Of a stretch of DNA of 64,000 nt, positions 24,621 to 37,693 are shown one piece after another; the first letter of the stretch is position 1, and every line of letters starts with the position of its first letter. The notes beneath the pieces are model-generated. The model was not told where the DNA came from and made no database searches. It worked only from the letters and a program-made list of their open reading frames with translations. The translations under genes and the position numbers were made by a program. Source of the stretch: Octopus sinensis (lineage: Eukaryota); NCBI RefSeq assembly GCF_006345805.1, contig NC_043001.1, forward strand, positions 33,294,001 to 33,358,000. The letters run 5' to 3'.

Positions 24621-25659
24621 ATCAGAAACCCTTATGCCACCCCAGTAATTTTTAGGCCATATATATACTCCTTAATTAAAGCTAGTTTGCTAATAGTAAT
24701 ACCGGGGCCCTTGCATGTATTTTATAAATATACCCCTATCCTTTCACCCAAATTCTGAGTTTAGATCCCAACCCACCCATAACAACTACCTCCCTTTTAC
24801 AAATCCCAGATATTTCAATCACGGACACAGAGGACATAGTTAAATGATTATGGGAACACAGAGGACATAGTTATTTAACCACATTGTTATGACCCCTAGT
24901 AATTAATTTTAATTTTTAATTTCTAATTTAAATTTTATTTATTTATTTTGTTTTTTTACTTTATTTTTCTGTACATTTTATACCATGAATGTGCTTGTTG
25001 GCTCATGTTGTAATCTGGACTTAATTTTCCTCCTAGCATATTGGTCTAGCTTCACTTAAAATAGACCCCAATAGTCCTACCCACTTAGAAACAACATTAC
25101 CCCACTGTAGAATTTATTTTATTGAACTCAGTGTTATTTTTTTCCTCACTCTAGATTGTATAGGTCTGTACTTGGACACTGCAGTAGCTGACTTGCCAGG
25201 AGATATTAGTACACTTGGGTTTACTATGCATGATTTAAAGTGTAATTTGGAGGTAGACCTAGTATGGCTGCTCCCACGTAAGGGTTAATATAATTATTAA
25301 ATTTACTGATATGGACAATCTAACTTTTAGGATAATGTAATACTAATTAGTATGTGATTTAATTTTAAATGCTAATCGCTTAAATGTTTGTGGTTTTGTG
25401 CTTTTGCCTTTCGTGTACCTATAGGGTGGAATTTTCTTAGATACGTGTACACATTTACTTGTTTGTCCCTTATTACCTCCACTTGGAATTTTAATGGCTA
25501 TCTAGGATGTAAAATTTAGCATTATTTTTAGTAGGTTTACTATTCGTACTAGTTGTCTCCCCTTATATAGCATTTTGACTGACAGTTTTTATCTATTTAT
25601 TTTATTCTCATTTATGTCATGTTGAGAAGTTTCAGAAGGCCATAAGCGGCCTCGTACCA

Positions 25660-26410
25660 CTTATATCATAGTCTTCTCCCCTGCACCCTTTATTTACTGG
25701 TTCGTTTTCTTCTTTATTTACATATCCCATTAAACGGTTTTAACTTTTACCCGTGGTTCAAATATAATTGACCAATTGTAGTGAAAGATAGACTTTGGTC
25801 AATTCCATTACGGACAACAGGTAGTGGTGTCTACAATATTTCAGTAAGTACACCATTATAAGGACCCTAAGGTTTTGTTTTGGGGTAAATATTAACTAGC
25901 CCTATTTACGATAACATAAGTGTTATTCCCTTTCTAGACATATTGGTAATTTCTTGTTTTACCTTAGTGTTAACTTCATTTCACTACTTTTCAAAAATTC
26001 TGGCTCCCCCTTTATATAGAAATAACTCGTAAATATTTCCCTAGACCACTGCTAGACACCCTTTTGCCTATTGACTTCAAAGCTCCACGCTGGAAGACGG
26101 TATGATTTTAATATATTAAGCCTCTTGGCCTTTTCTCAGGGAAATGTTATTTCCTATTCCCTCCTCCCTTCGTTTATTTTATTTATGCACTTGTATCCAC
26201 TCTGATGGAGCTCCATGTACAAGATCGAATGTCCTGTGAAGATGGCGAATATTATTTTCGAAATTCTTTCGTATGCACAGGAAGCGGAAACGGCTGTAAG
26301 GAATGTCATGTCATAGAAATGTTATGTCATGTTTTGCATTAAAAATAATCTACAGATGTGGTCCAATTTGTTTGTTGATCAAAAGTTTTCTTCATTTTCT
26401 GATTATTTAT
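25660..26410 (+). repeat. Second copy of the 2225-2925 repeat, downstream of the GIY-YIG remnant
   Basis: Colinear homology to 2225-2925. Confidence 0.65.
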
Positions 26411-26798
26411 ATGTGTGTGTGTGTGTGTGCGTGTGTAATATTGGCGCGCAAAAACGAAGACTTTTGAAAGATAACCTCAGGTGTAATTGGTAGAACTGTA
26501 TACATGTTCAATCTCATGCGGACGTCTCGTGTATAGTTCTTCAAATTATATTTGCTAAGACGATCATACTGATGAGTTGCGGACAATTACGTAAGTAATT
26601 ACGCAAATGGTAACAACGAAATCGGGTTTGTGATTAATCTATATTTTGTATCTTTTCATTTGTCTTGCTCGCTTACGTTCTGGCGTTTGCTAAATTTTCT
26701 TGAGAACATTCCTTTCTTAGTAGTAAGACCATAGCGGATCTACTTCTAGCATAATGGATGTCCACTTAGTGATCATCCCTCTTATATGTATGTTATAT

Positions 26799-26872
<74 letters not shown>

Positions 26873-26901
26873 TATACATATATATAAATCAACTCATAGT
26901 A

Positions 26902-28801
26902 CCGTATATACTCGACTATAAAACGCCCTTGTCTATATGACGCACCCCCGAATTCAAATCGATAAAGTTATCATTGACCTGACTATAAGTCGCAGTGCAT
27001 TTTTTGATGCTGGAGAGCAAAGTTCGATTAGGAATCGCATCGACGTAGTTGTTGTTCGGTAATCGAGCTTTCAGTAAGCTGAAGATGACTAAACAACAAC
27101 TGTTATCCCATTAAATCCAGAAACCATTGCTTATAATGTAAAATTTTATCCTTGATAACGCTATTTGACTTGTTTATCGTATTGAGACTTAATTGACTCG
27201 ATACTTTCTCTTTACTTTTTGATTTATGCCTTTCGTTATTAGGACACTTTTACAGAAAACGATGCAGTCATATGTGCTATGATTGGGGAAAAATGCAATA
27301 AACTGTTTTAAATTATAAAGAAGTGTATGAAACATTGTGACAAAAATCGGAAGGATAAATTAAGGAAAAATCGAGTAATACTAATCGTCAATTTTATCAT
27401 CATTTTCACGAAACAATTGGTAAAACTCCTCGGTTGTGATGGTCTCCTCGTATATACCCTGATCCACGTCTTCACTTGTCTGATCTTCATTAACTGATGA
27501 AGCACTGGGGCTTACATCACTTGCACAGACGAAGTCATTATATGGCTCGTCGTCTTCTGAACCATCCATGGAATTTGTGATCCCGCACTTCAAAAAGGAT
27601 TTCATCACAAGTTCACTCGGTATTTCAAGCCATGAATCTATCACCCACTAGCGGTCGATCAGATGATCCCTGAACATATTCTATACAAGAAGCTACTTTG
27701 AATTAAGCATAGCCCCTGGGTGCTTGAACCACACGTCGTTTAACCAGTTCGTCAATACGGTTTCATCCACCCACCCTTTCTCCTGAATATACAGCACTGT
27801 GCCCTTCGAAAAATTCTTTTTCGAGAAAGTCTTTCTTTTGAAAACAACAACCGGTGTAAGTTTCGTACCGTCAGCCATACAAACCAAGTGAGTCTTATCG
27901 CACCCGGTAGTTTTTACCGATATTGTGTTTTACCTTTTAACGTCGAATGTCCGAGTTCCAACCATATCGAAAGAAAGGGGTGTCTCGTCCATATAATCGA
28001 TTGCCTCCAAGGCAAACACGTGGTTCTTTCGTAGGTCTATTACATACCGATGGAAGGAATCAACTTTGCTCTATACGTCAGCTGGTAATTTCTGTGTGAT
28101 ATGAGTTCCCTGTTTCAGCGTTCAAATTGTGGCGTTTCATAAACCTTGTACACCAACCAGGGGATACTTTAAAGTCGGATATACCATGTTCATTTGGAGA
28201 GCCCCCAATATAGTGATGTTTCTCGTGACGACATATCAATTCATGCGTAGTTCAGTCACCCAATCTCTCAAAATAGTCTCCATCTCCTCATTGGGACTCA
28301 TTCCTATCCTAATTTTGTCTTACGAGTTGATGTCAATGGATTTCATTTTCTTCTCTTTCAAACGCCAATCCCTAACCCTTTTTTCTGAGACTCCAAATTC
28401 TCTTTCTGCAGCTCGATTCGAATGCGACTTCGCGTATTCAACAACTTTCAGCTTGAAAGTGATACCATACGAATTCCTCATTCTCTTCGCATTAACAAAT
28501 AACATGGCGTCGAATTAAAGAAAGGCAGGTACGGTACAAAGACAAACAAGCATTAAACTCACTTTTTTTAATGAATTGTTTATTTCATGCTAACAGAAGT
28601 AAAGAAATATATAAAGATAGTTTTCCATGTACTTCTAGGCTTCGGAATTAGAGATTCGCTTTTTTTGGTTATTCCGAGTGTAGGAACTTTCGGTTATTCC
28701 GAGTGTCGGAAAATCTGAAGGATGTGCTCATAAATCGCACCTCCAACTTTAGGTGAAAATTTCAAGGGAAAAAAGGGTGACTTCTAGCCGAGTATATACG
28801 C
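26902..28801 (-). mobile_element. Pogo-family DNA transposon, degraded transposase
   Basis: TA-flanked imperfect TIRs (CCGTATATACTCGACTATAA / CTAGCCGAGTATATACG), HTH (FKLKVVEYA..AAEREFGVSEKRVRDW), MDETPL and KGWVDE DDE-domain motifs, with stops and frameshifts. Confidence 0.88.
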
Positions 28802-29082
28802 TAATGAAGAATGGGGAATTGTAAAACTTCACAATTTATTTATTGAAGTATTTTTCATCATATTCCATTCTGACACATCTTTTTGCTTGATAAGTGTCCC
28901 GGTGTCCTTTCATGGGACAGTTATGTGCATTTAATTGATTTATATTAAATCAATTGTTATACACACTCATGTAAAGGTTGACTTTCTTATGCAAATTTAT
29001 TCGAGGTGTTACTCATACAGGTCGGTGGAACGATCTCGATGAATTTTATACATACATACATACATACATACATACATGCATG

Positions 29083-29198
<116 letters not shown>

Positions 29199-29532
29199 AG
29201 TTAGGGTATGAAATAATTCCAAGCTAACAGGGAAAACATTTTGAATTTAGCTCAACTAAATCAAAATTCAAAAGATATTATATTATATCGTTAAATACAT
29301 ATATTTATTTATTGTATATTTATTGTTTACGTCACGATTAACGAGATAGTTTTTTTACAACGCTATATTGTAAGTTTAAAGTTTAAAATTTATTTTAACT
29401 GGTTTTCATCAATCAGTCATGTTTTTGCTTTACATTAATATTGTTAAATTTCATTGAATTATTTACTGTCAATATACATATATTTATATATTTATTGTTT
29501 TATTAGAATATCTATATTAATTTATATTATTT

Positions 29533-29637
29533 TTTTACCTGAAGAGTGGCTAAATATTTTTAAATTGAATTAATATTAAATTTTTTAATTTTAATATTAT
29601 CGATTTATATATTTAGTCATGAAACGCGCGTAGTCAA
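29533..29637 (+). ncRNA. Type I hammerhead ribozyme motif (Penelope/retrozyme type)
   Basis: CTGAAGA (29539-45), stem II TGGCTAAATAT/ATATTTAGTCA, GAAAC-GCGC-GTA (29621-32), short stem I. Confidence 0.6.
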
Positions 29638-29768
29638 TTTAACGTTTGATTTGTAATGAGATTTTCAGAATAATAATTGTAAGATATTAAATTAATTTCT
29701 ATGTGGTTATTATAGATAATATCTTTTCACTATTGATAGACTAACTAAATAGCGGCCTATCTCTAAAT

Positions 29769-29827
<59 letters not shown>

Positions 29828-29831
<4 letters not shown>

Positions 29832-30147
29832 GAAATGAAGAAAATGCTGACAAAATAATTTAATTAAGGGAGAGTGTATTTAATTAGGTGAAAGTTCTTT
29901 TTACCGGTTGCGCATTTGTTATGCTTATCAAAAGATATTTTTTTAAGAGAGATAGAGTTCCTTTCTGATAGATTTTTTTCTCTTATCAGATAAGAGAAAA
30001 AAATCTATCAGAAAGGAACTCTATCTCTCTTAAAAAATATCTTTTGATAAGCATAACAAATGCGCAACCGGTAAAAAGAACTTTCACCTAATTAAATACA
30101 CTCTCCCTTACTTAAATTATTTTGTCAGCATTTTCTTCATTTCCTTT
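29828..30147. repeat. Near-perfect palindrome (160/159-bp arms, 1-nt centre at 29988) following a (TA)n tract
   Basis: Direct reverse-complement comparison shows one mismatch and one homopolymer indel. Confidence 0.92.
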
Positions 30148-30186
30148 TTTTATATATCACAACTCATGTTCCACATCTCCTTTCTT

Positions 30187-30262
<76 letters not shown>

Positions 30263-30533
30263 GCTAGTTGTAAGATCTCAAGAAGAAATCAGATTAGTAG
30301 CTATACTAACAATTAAAATTAATCACCACAGCAAAGTGGTTGTTCCACGTTACTACTAGTTTAACCCCGGCATATCTTCCATCAGCTGGTTATCGGTGCG
30401 GCGCTGCAACCTGTAAATACAATATATATTGCCAACAGGGGAAGCGAACACCTACCATCATATACATACATACATACATACATACATACATACATACGTA
30501 CATATATACATATATATATATATATTATATATA

Positions 30534-30583
<50 letters not shown>

Positions 30584-30770
30584 CTGTTAAAGAGGACAAC
30601 AAACGTTAAGGCATGGCAAACATCACAAGTCATATACATTATCATTACTGAAAAAATTCAAACTCTTACAGCTGTTTCTGGAATATCCCAGACTATGAGA
30701 TATTCCGTCATCGTTTAGATCACTAGTTAACTAACCCTAATATTATTATATATATATATATATATATATA

Positions 30771-30919
30771 CTTTATTTAAAGCAGCAGGAAATTCAACAA
30801 AACCTGTTACTCTGAGTTTCCCGTTGCCGTTCATCGGACAGTTTTTGACTGTCCGATGAACGGCAACGGGAAACTCAGAGTAACAGGTTTTGTTGAATTT
30901 CCTGCTGCTTTAAATAAAG
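30771..30919. repeat. Perfect 72-bp inverted repeat with a 5-nt loop following a (TA)n tract
   Basis: 30771-30842 is the reverse complement of 30848-30919. Confidence 0.92.
30849..30886 (+). ncRNA. Minimal hammerhead-like motif with one core mutation (CCGATGA); mirrored on the minus strand in the left arm of the palindrome
   Basis: Stem I CTGT/ACAG, CCGATGA, CG-GCAA-CG stem II, GAAAC-TCAGA-GTA. Confidence 0.5.
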
Positions 30920-31487
30920 CATATTACTCTACCACTGGTATTTGAGTACTCTTTTTTCCACCTTGTTTCACATTTACTCCGGTATATATATATATATATT
31001 AGCGACGGAAGCACTGTTAATACCAAAAGGTAATCTTTATATTCAATTTAACATATGTCTTGTCAGAACACCGAATACTGCGTTATTAGCCTTGAGACAT
31101 CGACTCTTATAAGGCACTTGGTGCATATAAGTACACATATAGATTGTAGCAGGCAAGCGTCGTCTGCCATGGGCGTCAAAACACCCTTATCACATAAATC
31201 CATTCTACTTCAAATCATTAGTGGGAGGCGTCTGGACACTGCATGCCAATCAAATCTTGCTGCTACGATATAGAGAATATTCGCATTTTTTCGGGCAATT
31301 TCGTCACAAAAAGCGAAATTTGTGCTAATAGTATCTAATATCATGGACATTAACAATATACTGCTATTCCTATGGCCTAGTTTCTTTTTCTCATGCAATT
31401 GATTTAGCTCAATATTTCTGCTTTCAAATGTTTATAGTATAAGCATATAAAAAAAACTGAACAGTGTTTCATAACTTACAAATATAT

Positions 31488-31493
31488 TTTATT
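31488..31493 (-). promoter_or_regulatory. Poly(A) signal of Kunitz gene 2
   Basis: Minus-strand AATAAAATATATTTGTAA block homologous to the gene 1 UTR. Confidence 0.7.
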
Positions 31494-31808
31494 TATCTAA
31501 GGCATGGTTTTGCTTTAATTATGACCGAAGAAGGAAGGGAAGATTTCTCTTTTCCGTGTTATTCGAACTACATTTGAAAATATATAGAAAAATGCATGTT
31601 AGCAACAGTCTTGAACAAGATTTTTCGACGAGATATTTTAGATACATCTAAGAAATATGTCGCCGAAATATGTTGCGGAAAATCGATTCGATTTAGATTT
31701 ATTTTTAACGATTAATTTTCTTTGCTTAAAGATACATTTTAGTAAGAAAAACAAGTATCCTATACATTACTTTCTGATTAAATGCACATCGCTGTAGCTG
31801 GCAATATT

Positions 31809-32094
31809 TTAATGTTTAAAATTTTGGCAGGCTTTTTTACAATCCTCGATAGTCAGGAATTTATTTCTGTTTCCCATACACCCTCCATAAAAGAAATCCT
31901 CGCATCTCTGCGATTTATGATTGTAGTAATAGCGTAGAAAAAGCGCACGACATAAGCCAGTTTCACTTGGTAGCTTACAAACACTCATGCAAGTATTTTG
32001 ACATTTTTCGATACTGGGAAAGTTATTACTGTTTCCGCCATCTCCAGAGAAATCGAATTCTTCACATTTATTCACCTTTTTGTTGAAGTAATAC
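31809..32094 (-). CDS. Kunitz gene 2 terminal exon: C-half of domain 2 plus domain 3 ([19 protein letters not shown]...[10 protein letters not shown]), P1 = Arg
   Basis: Acceptor ttatttgcAG (32096-95), 286 nt, phase 2, canonical domain 3. ORF track 31809..32108. Confidence 0.92.
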
Positions 32095-32784
32095 CTGCAA
32101 ATAAGCAAAATAGAACATGAAATGTTTTCTTATATTTACAGCTTATCAGAATTACTGCAGAGTTGTAAAATAGCAGAATTAGTAAAACAAAGCACTTTAA
32201 AAGTAGGTGACAGAATCGTTATAACTTCGATATTTCATTGAGTATTTTTTCGTTAAAATCTCACCAGGTTTGAATTAAATAAGTAGTAGTCAGGTAGTGT
32301 AAAGCTGGCAAAATCCGCTTAAGCGTTCCCCAAATCTATAACATTTTCTTTCATTGTGGTTTTCCAAAGAAGAAATACTCGCTTTAGACAAAATGTTGGA
32401 ACACTCCATAGTTGGTTCAGAGCGCCCGCTATGGACTAAAAGATGCATTGGTGATCTCTTCAGTACCAGATTTAAAATCCGCAGTGAAAATGCCTTTCCA
32501 CAGGTCAAATATATCCCAAATATATTTGAACTATTCTAAAGTTTACCCACACACTCACACAAAGATGTATGTATGTATGTATGTATGTATGTATGTATGT
32601 ATGAATGTATGTGTGTGTGTGTGCGTGCGCGTGCGTGCGTTTGTGTGTGTCTGCGTGTGCATATATGTTATTATTCAGTTTTATTTCAAGAATTCTTCCC
32701 AATAGAGAAAGAGCCGTTTTCTAACTTAGATCCAAGGCTCTTTCATTAGAATTTCAACAACACCATCGGGGCATTTTGTATGTA

Positions 32785-33635
32785 CGTGGATGGATCGGTA
32801 AGTATCAGGACTGTTTCCATAGTAACAAAGCTAAAGCACACAGATTGAAGTCGCTTGGCATAGATTGACCTTGAACACTGTTGCGCATGCGTACGAAGTC
32901 TCAACGTTCTAGTTCACCTCCACTGTTTACAGCAATGCTTGGAAGGAAACTGTGTAGCGTGTGATCGTCGCATTGACCATGACAGAGGAAGTTGAACAGA
33001 GAATCTGCATCAAATTTTGCCAAAAGCTTGCCGATTCATTGTTCTCGACACATTCAAAGAAATCCTGTACAACTGAAAGCCGAGTGCGTTTTTGGTCGGC
33101 TAAAATCAGTTTCGGTACAAACTTGGCTGACACGCGTCTCATGTCCAAATCTTCAGTGATATTGGACTGAAATGAACCGTAATTAATCTGCATATCCTCA
33201 GATAACTCACGGATGGTGATTAGACGATTTTCCCTTACAGCTGCACACACATCTGCGATGTTTTTCTGAGTTCTGCTGGATGCAGGTCTCCCAGAATGTT
33301 CGTCAATATCGACATTTTATCGGCCATCTTGGAAACGTCTGAACCACTGGTACTCTTGTGTGCGGCTCATACACTTCTCCCCATACATTTTCTGCGGCTT
33401 TGCATAGGCTTCTGGGCCTATGCAACTCTCTCTGTCATGATCAATGCGACGCTCATACGTTACGTACCTTCCTTCCAAGCACTGTTGTAAATAGCGGATG
33501 TGAGCTAGAACGTTGAAACTTAGTGCGCATGCACAGCAGAGTTCAAGTTCAATCTTTGCCGAGCAGCTTTATTTTGCGTGCTTTAGGCTTCGCTACTATA
33601 GCAACCGTCTGTATACTTATTGATCAGATCTCGTG
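32785..33635. mobile_element. Rearranged mariner derivative with two 5' ends in inverted orientation
   Basis: Left arm encodes MTEEVEQRICIKFCQKL (+). The right part encodes the mariner N-terminal region to MRRVSAKFVPK (-). Both ends are TIR-like and TA-flanked. Confidence 0.75.
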
Positions 33636-33639
33636 TATA

Positions 33640-33662
<23 letters not shown>

Positions 33663-33676
<14 letters not shown>

Positions 33677-34042
33677 GGCAGTTTGTCTGTGCGTTTTCTG
33701 TGTGTCTGTTTTCTCGTACCCTCACTCTGACCACGGCTTTCAACCGATTCTGATGAAACTTGACATACACATAGCCCAATGTCATAATTCAAAACTAACG
33801 CAGCGAAAATTTTGAAAAGTTCCCCCAGTTCTGAAAAAAATCGATAAATTCGACATGGGGTCGAGAATCAGAAACCCAAACCACAGACCGTCTAGGGGAC
33901 GCAACTCCACCTTTTTTAACTCTCAAAAAAATTTACCATCATTTTTTTCCCATTTTTTTGCTATTTTTTGGCTATAACTCTCTAAAAATACTTTATAGTT
34001 ATTTCCCTTACAAACCTGAGCAACGCCGGGCGATACTGCTAG
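33663..34042 (+). mobile_element. Non-autonomous Helitron-like element in gene 2 intron 2
   Basis: TATATAAA..GTTTGTCTGT start, AACCGATTCTGATGAAACTT core, 3' GCAACGCCGGG..CTAG|T end. Confidence 0.7.
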
Positions 34043-34113
<71 letters not shown>

Positions 34114-36636
34114 GCAGATTCGTATGTTTTCTTTTATGTATGTATTCTCATGCATATATTTGACTGTCTAGACATGCTCATATATACTTAAATGATGAAC
34201 TTCTGGAAAGTTTTACAGAATCTTGCCCCGCCTCTTTTACAGCTTTCTACTATCTGGTTTTGAGAAAGCTAATTTCTCAAGATTGGTATGTATGATGTAT
34301 GTATGTATGTATGTATGTATGTATGTATGTATGTATGTATGTATGATGTATGTATGTATGTATGTATGTGTGTATGCATGCATTATAGATATACATAAAA
34401 AAATTATTGCAATCGAGAACCAAAACCGGTCAAAGGAAAGATTTCCTTTCACTCCACTCTATTCTATTCTACTCTTTTAGTATCTAGTTAATGTATGTTA
34501 ATGTCCATGTAAAATAGCATTCATTTCTAGCACAAGGCTAACACATTTTTTTAAGGAAATCTTTTACATCGATCCCAGTGATAAAATGGCACTTAATTTA
34601 TTAATCCCGAAAGTATGAAGGGCAAAATCGCCCTCTGTGACGTTTGAACTCAGAATGTTAAGGACGAAAGGAAATGCCGCTAAAACTTTTTTCCGGTGCA
34701 GTAAAAATTCTGCGAGCTCGCTTACCTAATTCCAGTTGAAATAGCTGTATTTTCTCAAAAATTTCTTGTATTTATTGCCTATCAAACGTATCATATATCT
34801 GTTTTGATAATTTCGCGCTCTTTACTGGAAAAGCATCCTTGATGTCTCATCAGATACATATATTGTGAAGTTAATTTACGTTTAATGTTATGTGGTTCTA
34901 AAACAAATATTACTGTTTAACATTTGATATTATCTGCGCCTGAACAGATAAGCCTATTTTACTTTTCATATCTGACATATTTGCATATGATAATGATTTT
35001 AAATTTTGGCACAAGGCCAGCAAGTCCGCAGAAGGGGCTAGGTCTATTTCATCAATCCCAGTGCTCAAATGGTATGTATTTTATCGACCTCGAAAGGTTG
35101 AAAGGCAACGTCGGCCCTGTCAGAGTTTGAACTCAGAACGTAAGGACGGGTGAAATACCTATTTCTTTACTACCCACAAGTGGCTAAACACAGAGGGGAC
35201 AATCAAGGACAGACAAACGGATTAAGTCGATTACATCAACCCCAGTGTGTAACTGGTACTTAATTTATCGATCCCGAAAGGATAAAAGGCAAATTCGACC
35301 TCGGCGGAATTTGAACTCAGACAATAACGGCAGACGAAATACGGCTACGCATTTCGCCCGGCGTGCTAACGATTCTGCCAGCTCACCCGTCTTCTGCAAT
35401 TCATATTGACTACACCTTTGAAGGATGTTCAACTTCTTCAAGTATCACTTGAAAAGGAAAGTGAGAGTAGAGAGGCAAGTTTTGTCTAGCGAATGCTTCA
35501 AAAAAAGATGGGTGAATGTAGCAAGGATAGCACGAACGAATGACGAAGCCACCTATGAACCCGGAAAAATTTAAAACAGAGAGTTACTTACTTGCAAATA
35601 AATGTGTTAACATGTGACATTATTGACCGAGATTGCCGTGGTCTTTTCCGTAGGCTTTTCTTTCCACGGATAAACCTTATCTGCTTCCCCCCTTACACTT
35701 TACATGATGACATTTCTGTGATACATGATCCCTATTGATTGTTTTTTCTTTTTCTTTTTTTTATTTCCTTTTTACGATCACTTTTGATCGAAAACCTACC
35801 CCATTTTTTCTCCCCAAAAAGAAAAGCTCTATTTTGTTATTTGTCCCATCTGTGTTCAGCCCTGTGTGGCTAATAAAGAAACATATTATGCTCTAATATA
35901 GGGAACAGGTATAAGCTATTGAATCGACACCAATACAGGAACTGGAACTTGTTTTACCAGTCGCCGGATCGCTTGATAGTTAATTCAACGTGGATTAAGC
36001 TCAAAATATAAAAGATATGACTAAATGCCACAAGATTTGTAATCCGGCACTCTATCGCGTGATCTATTTTCATTGCCTTCTATAAGATTTATTACTAATA
36101 GTAAGTGTTAAACTGTTTTTTCATTTCGAATAGTTGAATTACTTTTTTCTTTTTTTTTTTTCATGATTTTTTCATAATTATGTTTTTTTAATTAATACTC
36201 CAGTTTGCATTTGTCCTTCACCTCCGTGTTTTCTTTAAAATTAGAAAGGAAAATTGAGAAAGAATTTATTTAAATGGCAACAGAGCTTTACTTTCATTGA
36301 TTTTTCTTTGTTTGTTTGCGTGTTGTTTTTTTGGTCGTATTAATGCATGCGCTCAATCGGAAAATAGTTAGAAAATATTCTATGATGTGTGGGTGAAAAA
36401 ACCACGGATGGATATTTTTACTTAATTTCGAAGAATTAGCAATTCTATGTCTCATCAAAATTGTGATCAGATGTTATAACAAAATATTCTATTAAAAGAA
36501 ATATTCAATTATATTGGGCCCTCCAAGTTTACATACACTTCGAAATTCGTTTAGGAATGTACCTTCAAAGACATTTTAAAATGAAAAAGAAATGAAAACA
36601 AAAAACGAACAGATTGAATTTTTTTAAATTTTTTAC

Positions 36637-36847
36637 CTTCTAAGAGATGTGTAACCTCTTCCATATTCTACAGGCAAAGTACAAACATTTGTACACACTC
36701 CAATGCATTCTTCGTTAGACAGGAAATTATTTCTATTACCTCCACATGTAAACTTAAATTTCTTACAGGTTTTGGATTTCGCATCAAAATACCAGCGTTC
36801 AGTAGGAGGGTCTTCACATTTCCCCTGGTCCACTGGCAAGTCACACG
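36637..36847 (-). CDS. Kunitz gene 2 exon 2: domain 1 (CDLPVDQGKCEDPPTERWYFDAKSKTCKKFKFTCGGNRNNFLSNEECIGVC) plus N-half of domain 2 (TNVCTLPVEYGRGYTSLR)
   Basis: Acceptor ctttgtacttctAG, donor AAG|GTAAAA, 211 nt, paralogous to 12169-12379. ORF track 36633..36839. Confidence 0.92.
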
Positions 36848-37001
36848 CTAGAAGTACAAAGAATTAAGATTGGTATTTAGCTCTTATCAAAATTATTTTA
36901 TTTTATTTTTTTTTCAATCCACCTATGTCTAAATTAAGAAGACAAAAATCAGGATTCGAAACAGGCTCTCATCAATACCTACTTTTGGTAATTATAGAAT
37001 A

Positions 37002-37693
37002 CTAGCAGTAATACCCGTCGTTCATCGGATAATTACTTTTACTCTTTCTCAGGAGTCACATTCAAAGTATTATTATATATATAATAGATTTCTCAACGGG
37101 GATTTCAGGGGAGAGTTTCAGGGAGTCGCTGGCGATGTATCGTGATGATCAAAAATCCGGCCTGCTAAACTTTGGTTAAAGTGATTCAAACTGCAGACTC
37201 AACGCAAAATGGTCACATTTAATTCAAAGCTTAAAAATTTTATGAAAACAATTGGTATGTGTTCACAAAGTCCAAAACGATTAATATGAAAAAACCCTCC
37301 AGGCTACATCCCGAAAATTCATTTCTTTGCCGAATTTCTACAATGTTTACGGCGATTCGTTTTTATATCTTGATTTTTTATTTTTCATGCGATTTACGCA
37401 TGCTTACACGCGTGGTGAACACAGTTCACGTCAAACAGCTGACTGAGTAAAGTTCACTATTCAATGCATGGGATAAGGCCTAAACAAACACATTATCGAT
37501 TTTTGCACTTGCGAGATGAATTTCGGAACAGAAATAGCGCAGTTCAATTTTCATTCGCCTAAACTTTAAGTGACCCATTTTTGGTGGTTCTACGATTTGT
37601 TGGCTAGGAGGAGATGTGCCGGGAAGTTAAACACACAGACACACACACACAGATACACACACAGACACGCGAGTTGAGTTTTATATAGAGAGA
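37002..37693 (-). mobile_element. Non-autonomous Helitron-like element in gene 2 intron 1
   Basis: Minus strand A|TCTCTCTATATAAAA start, imperfect subterminal hairpin and CTAG|T end (A/T target). Confidence 0.7.
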
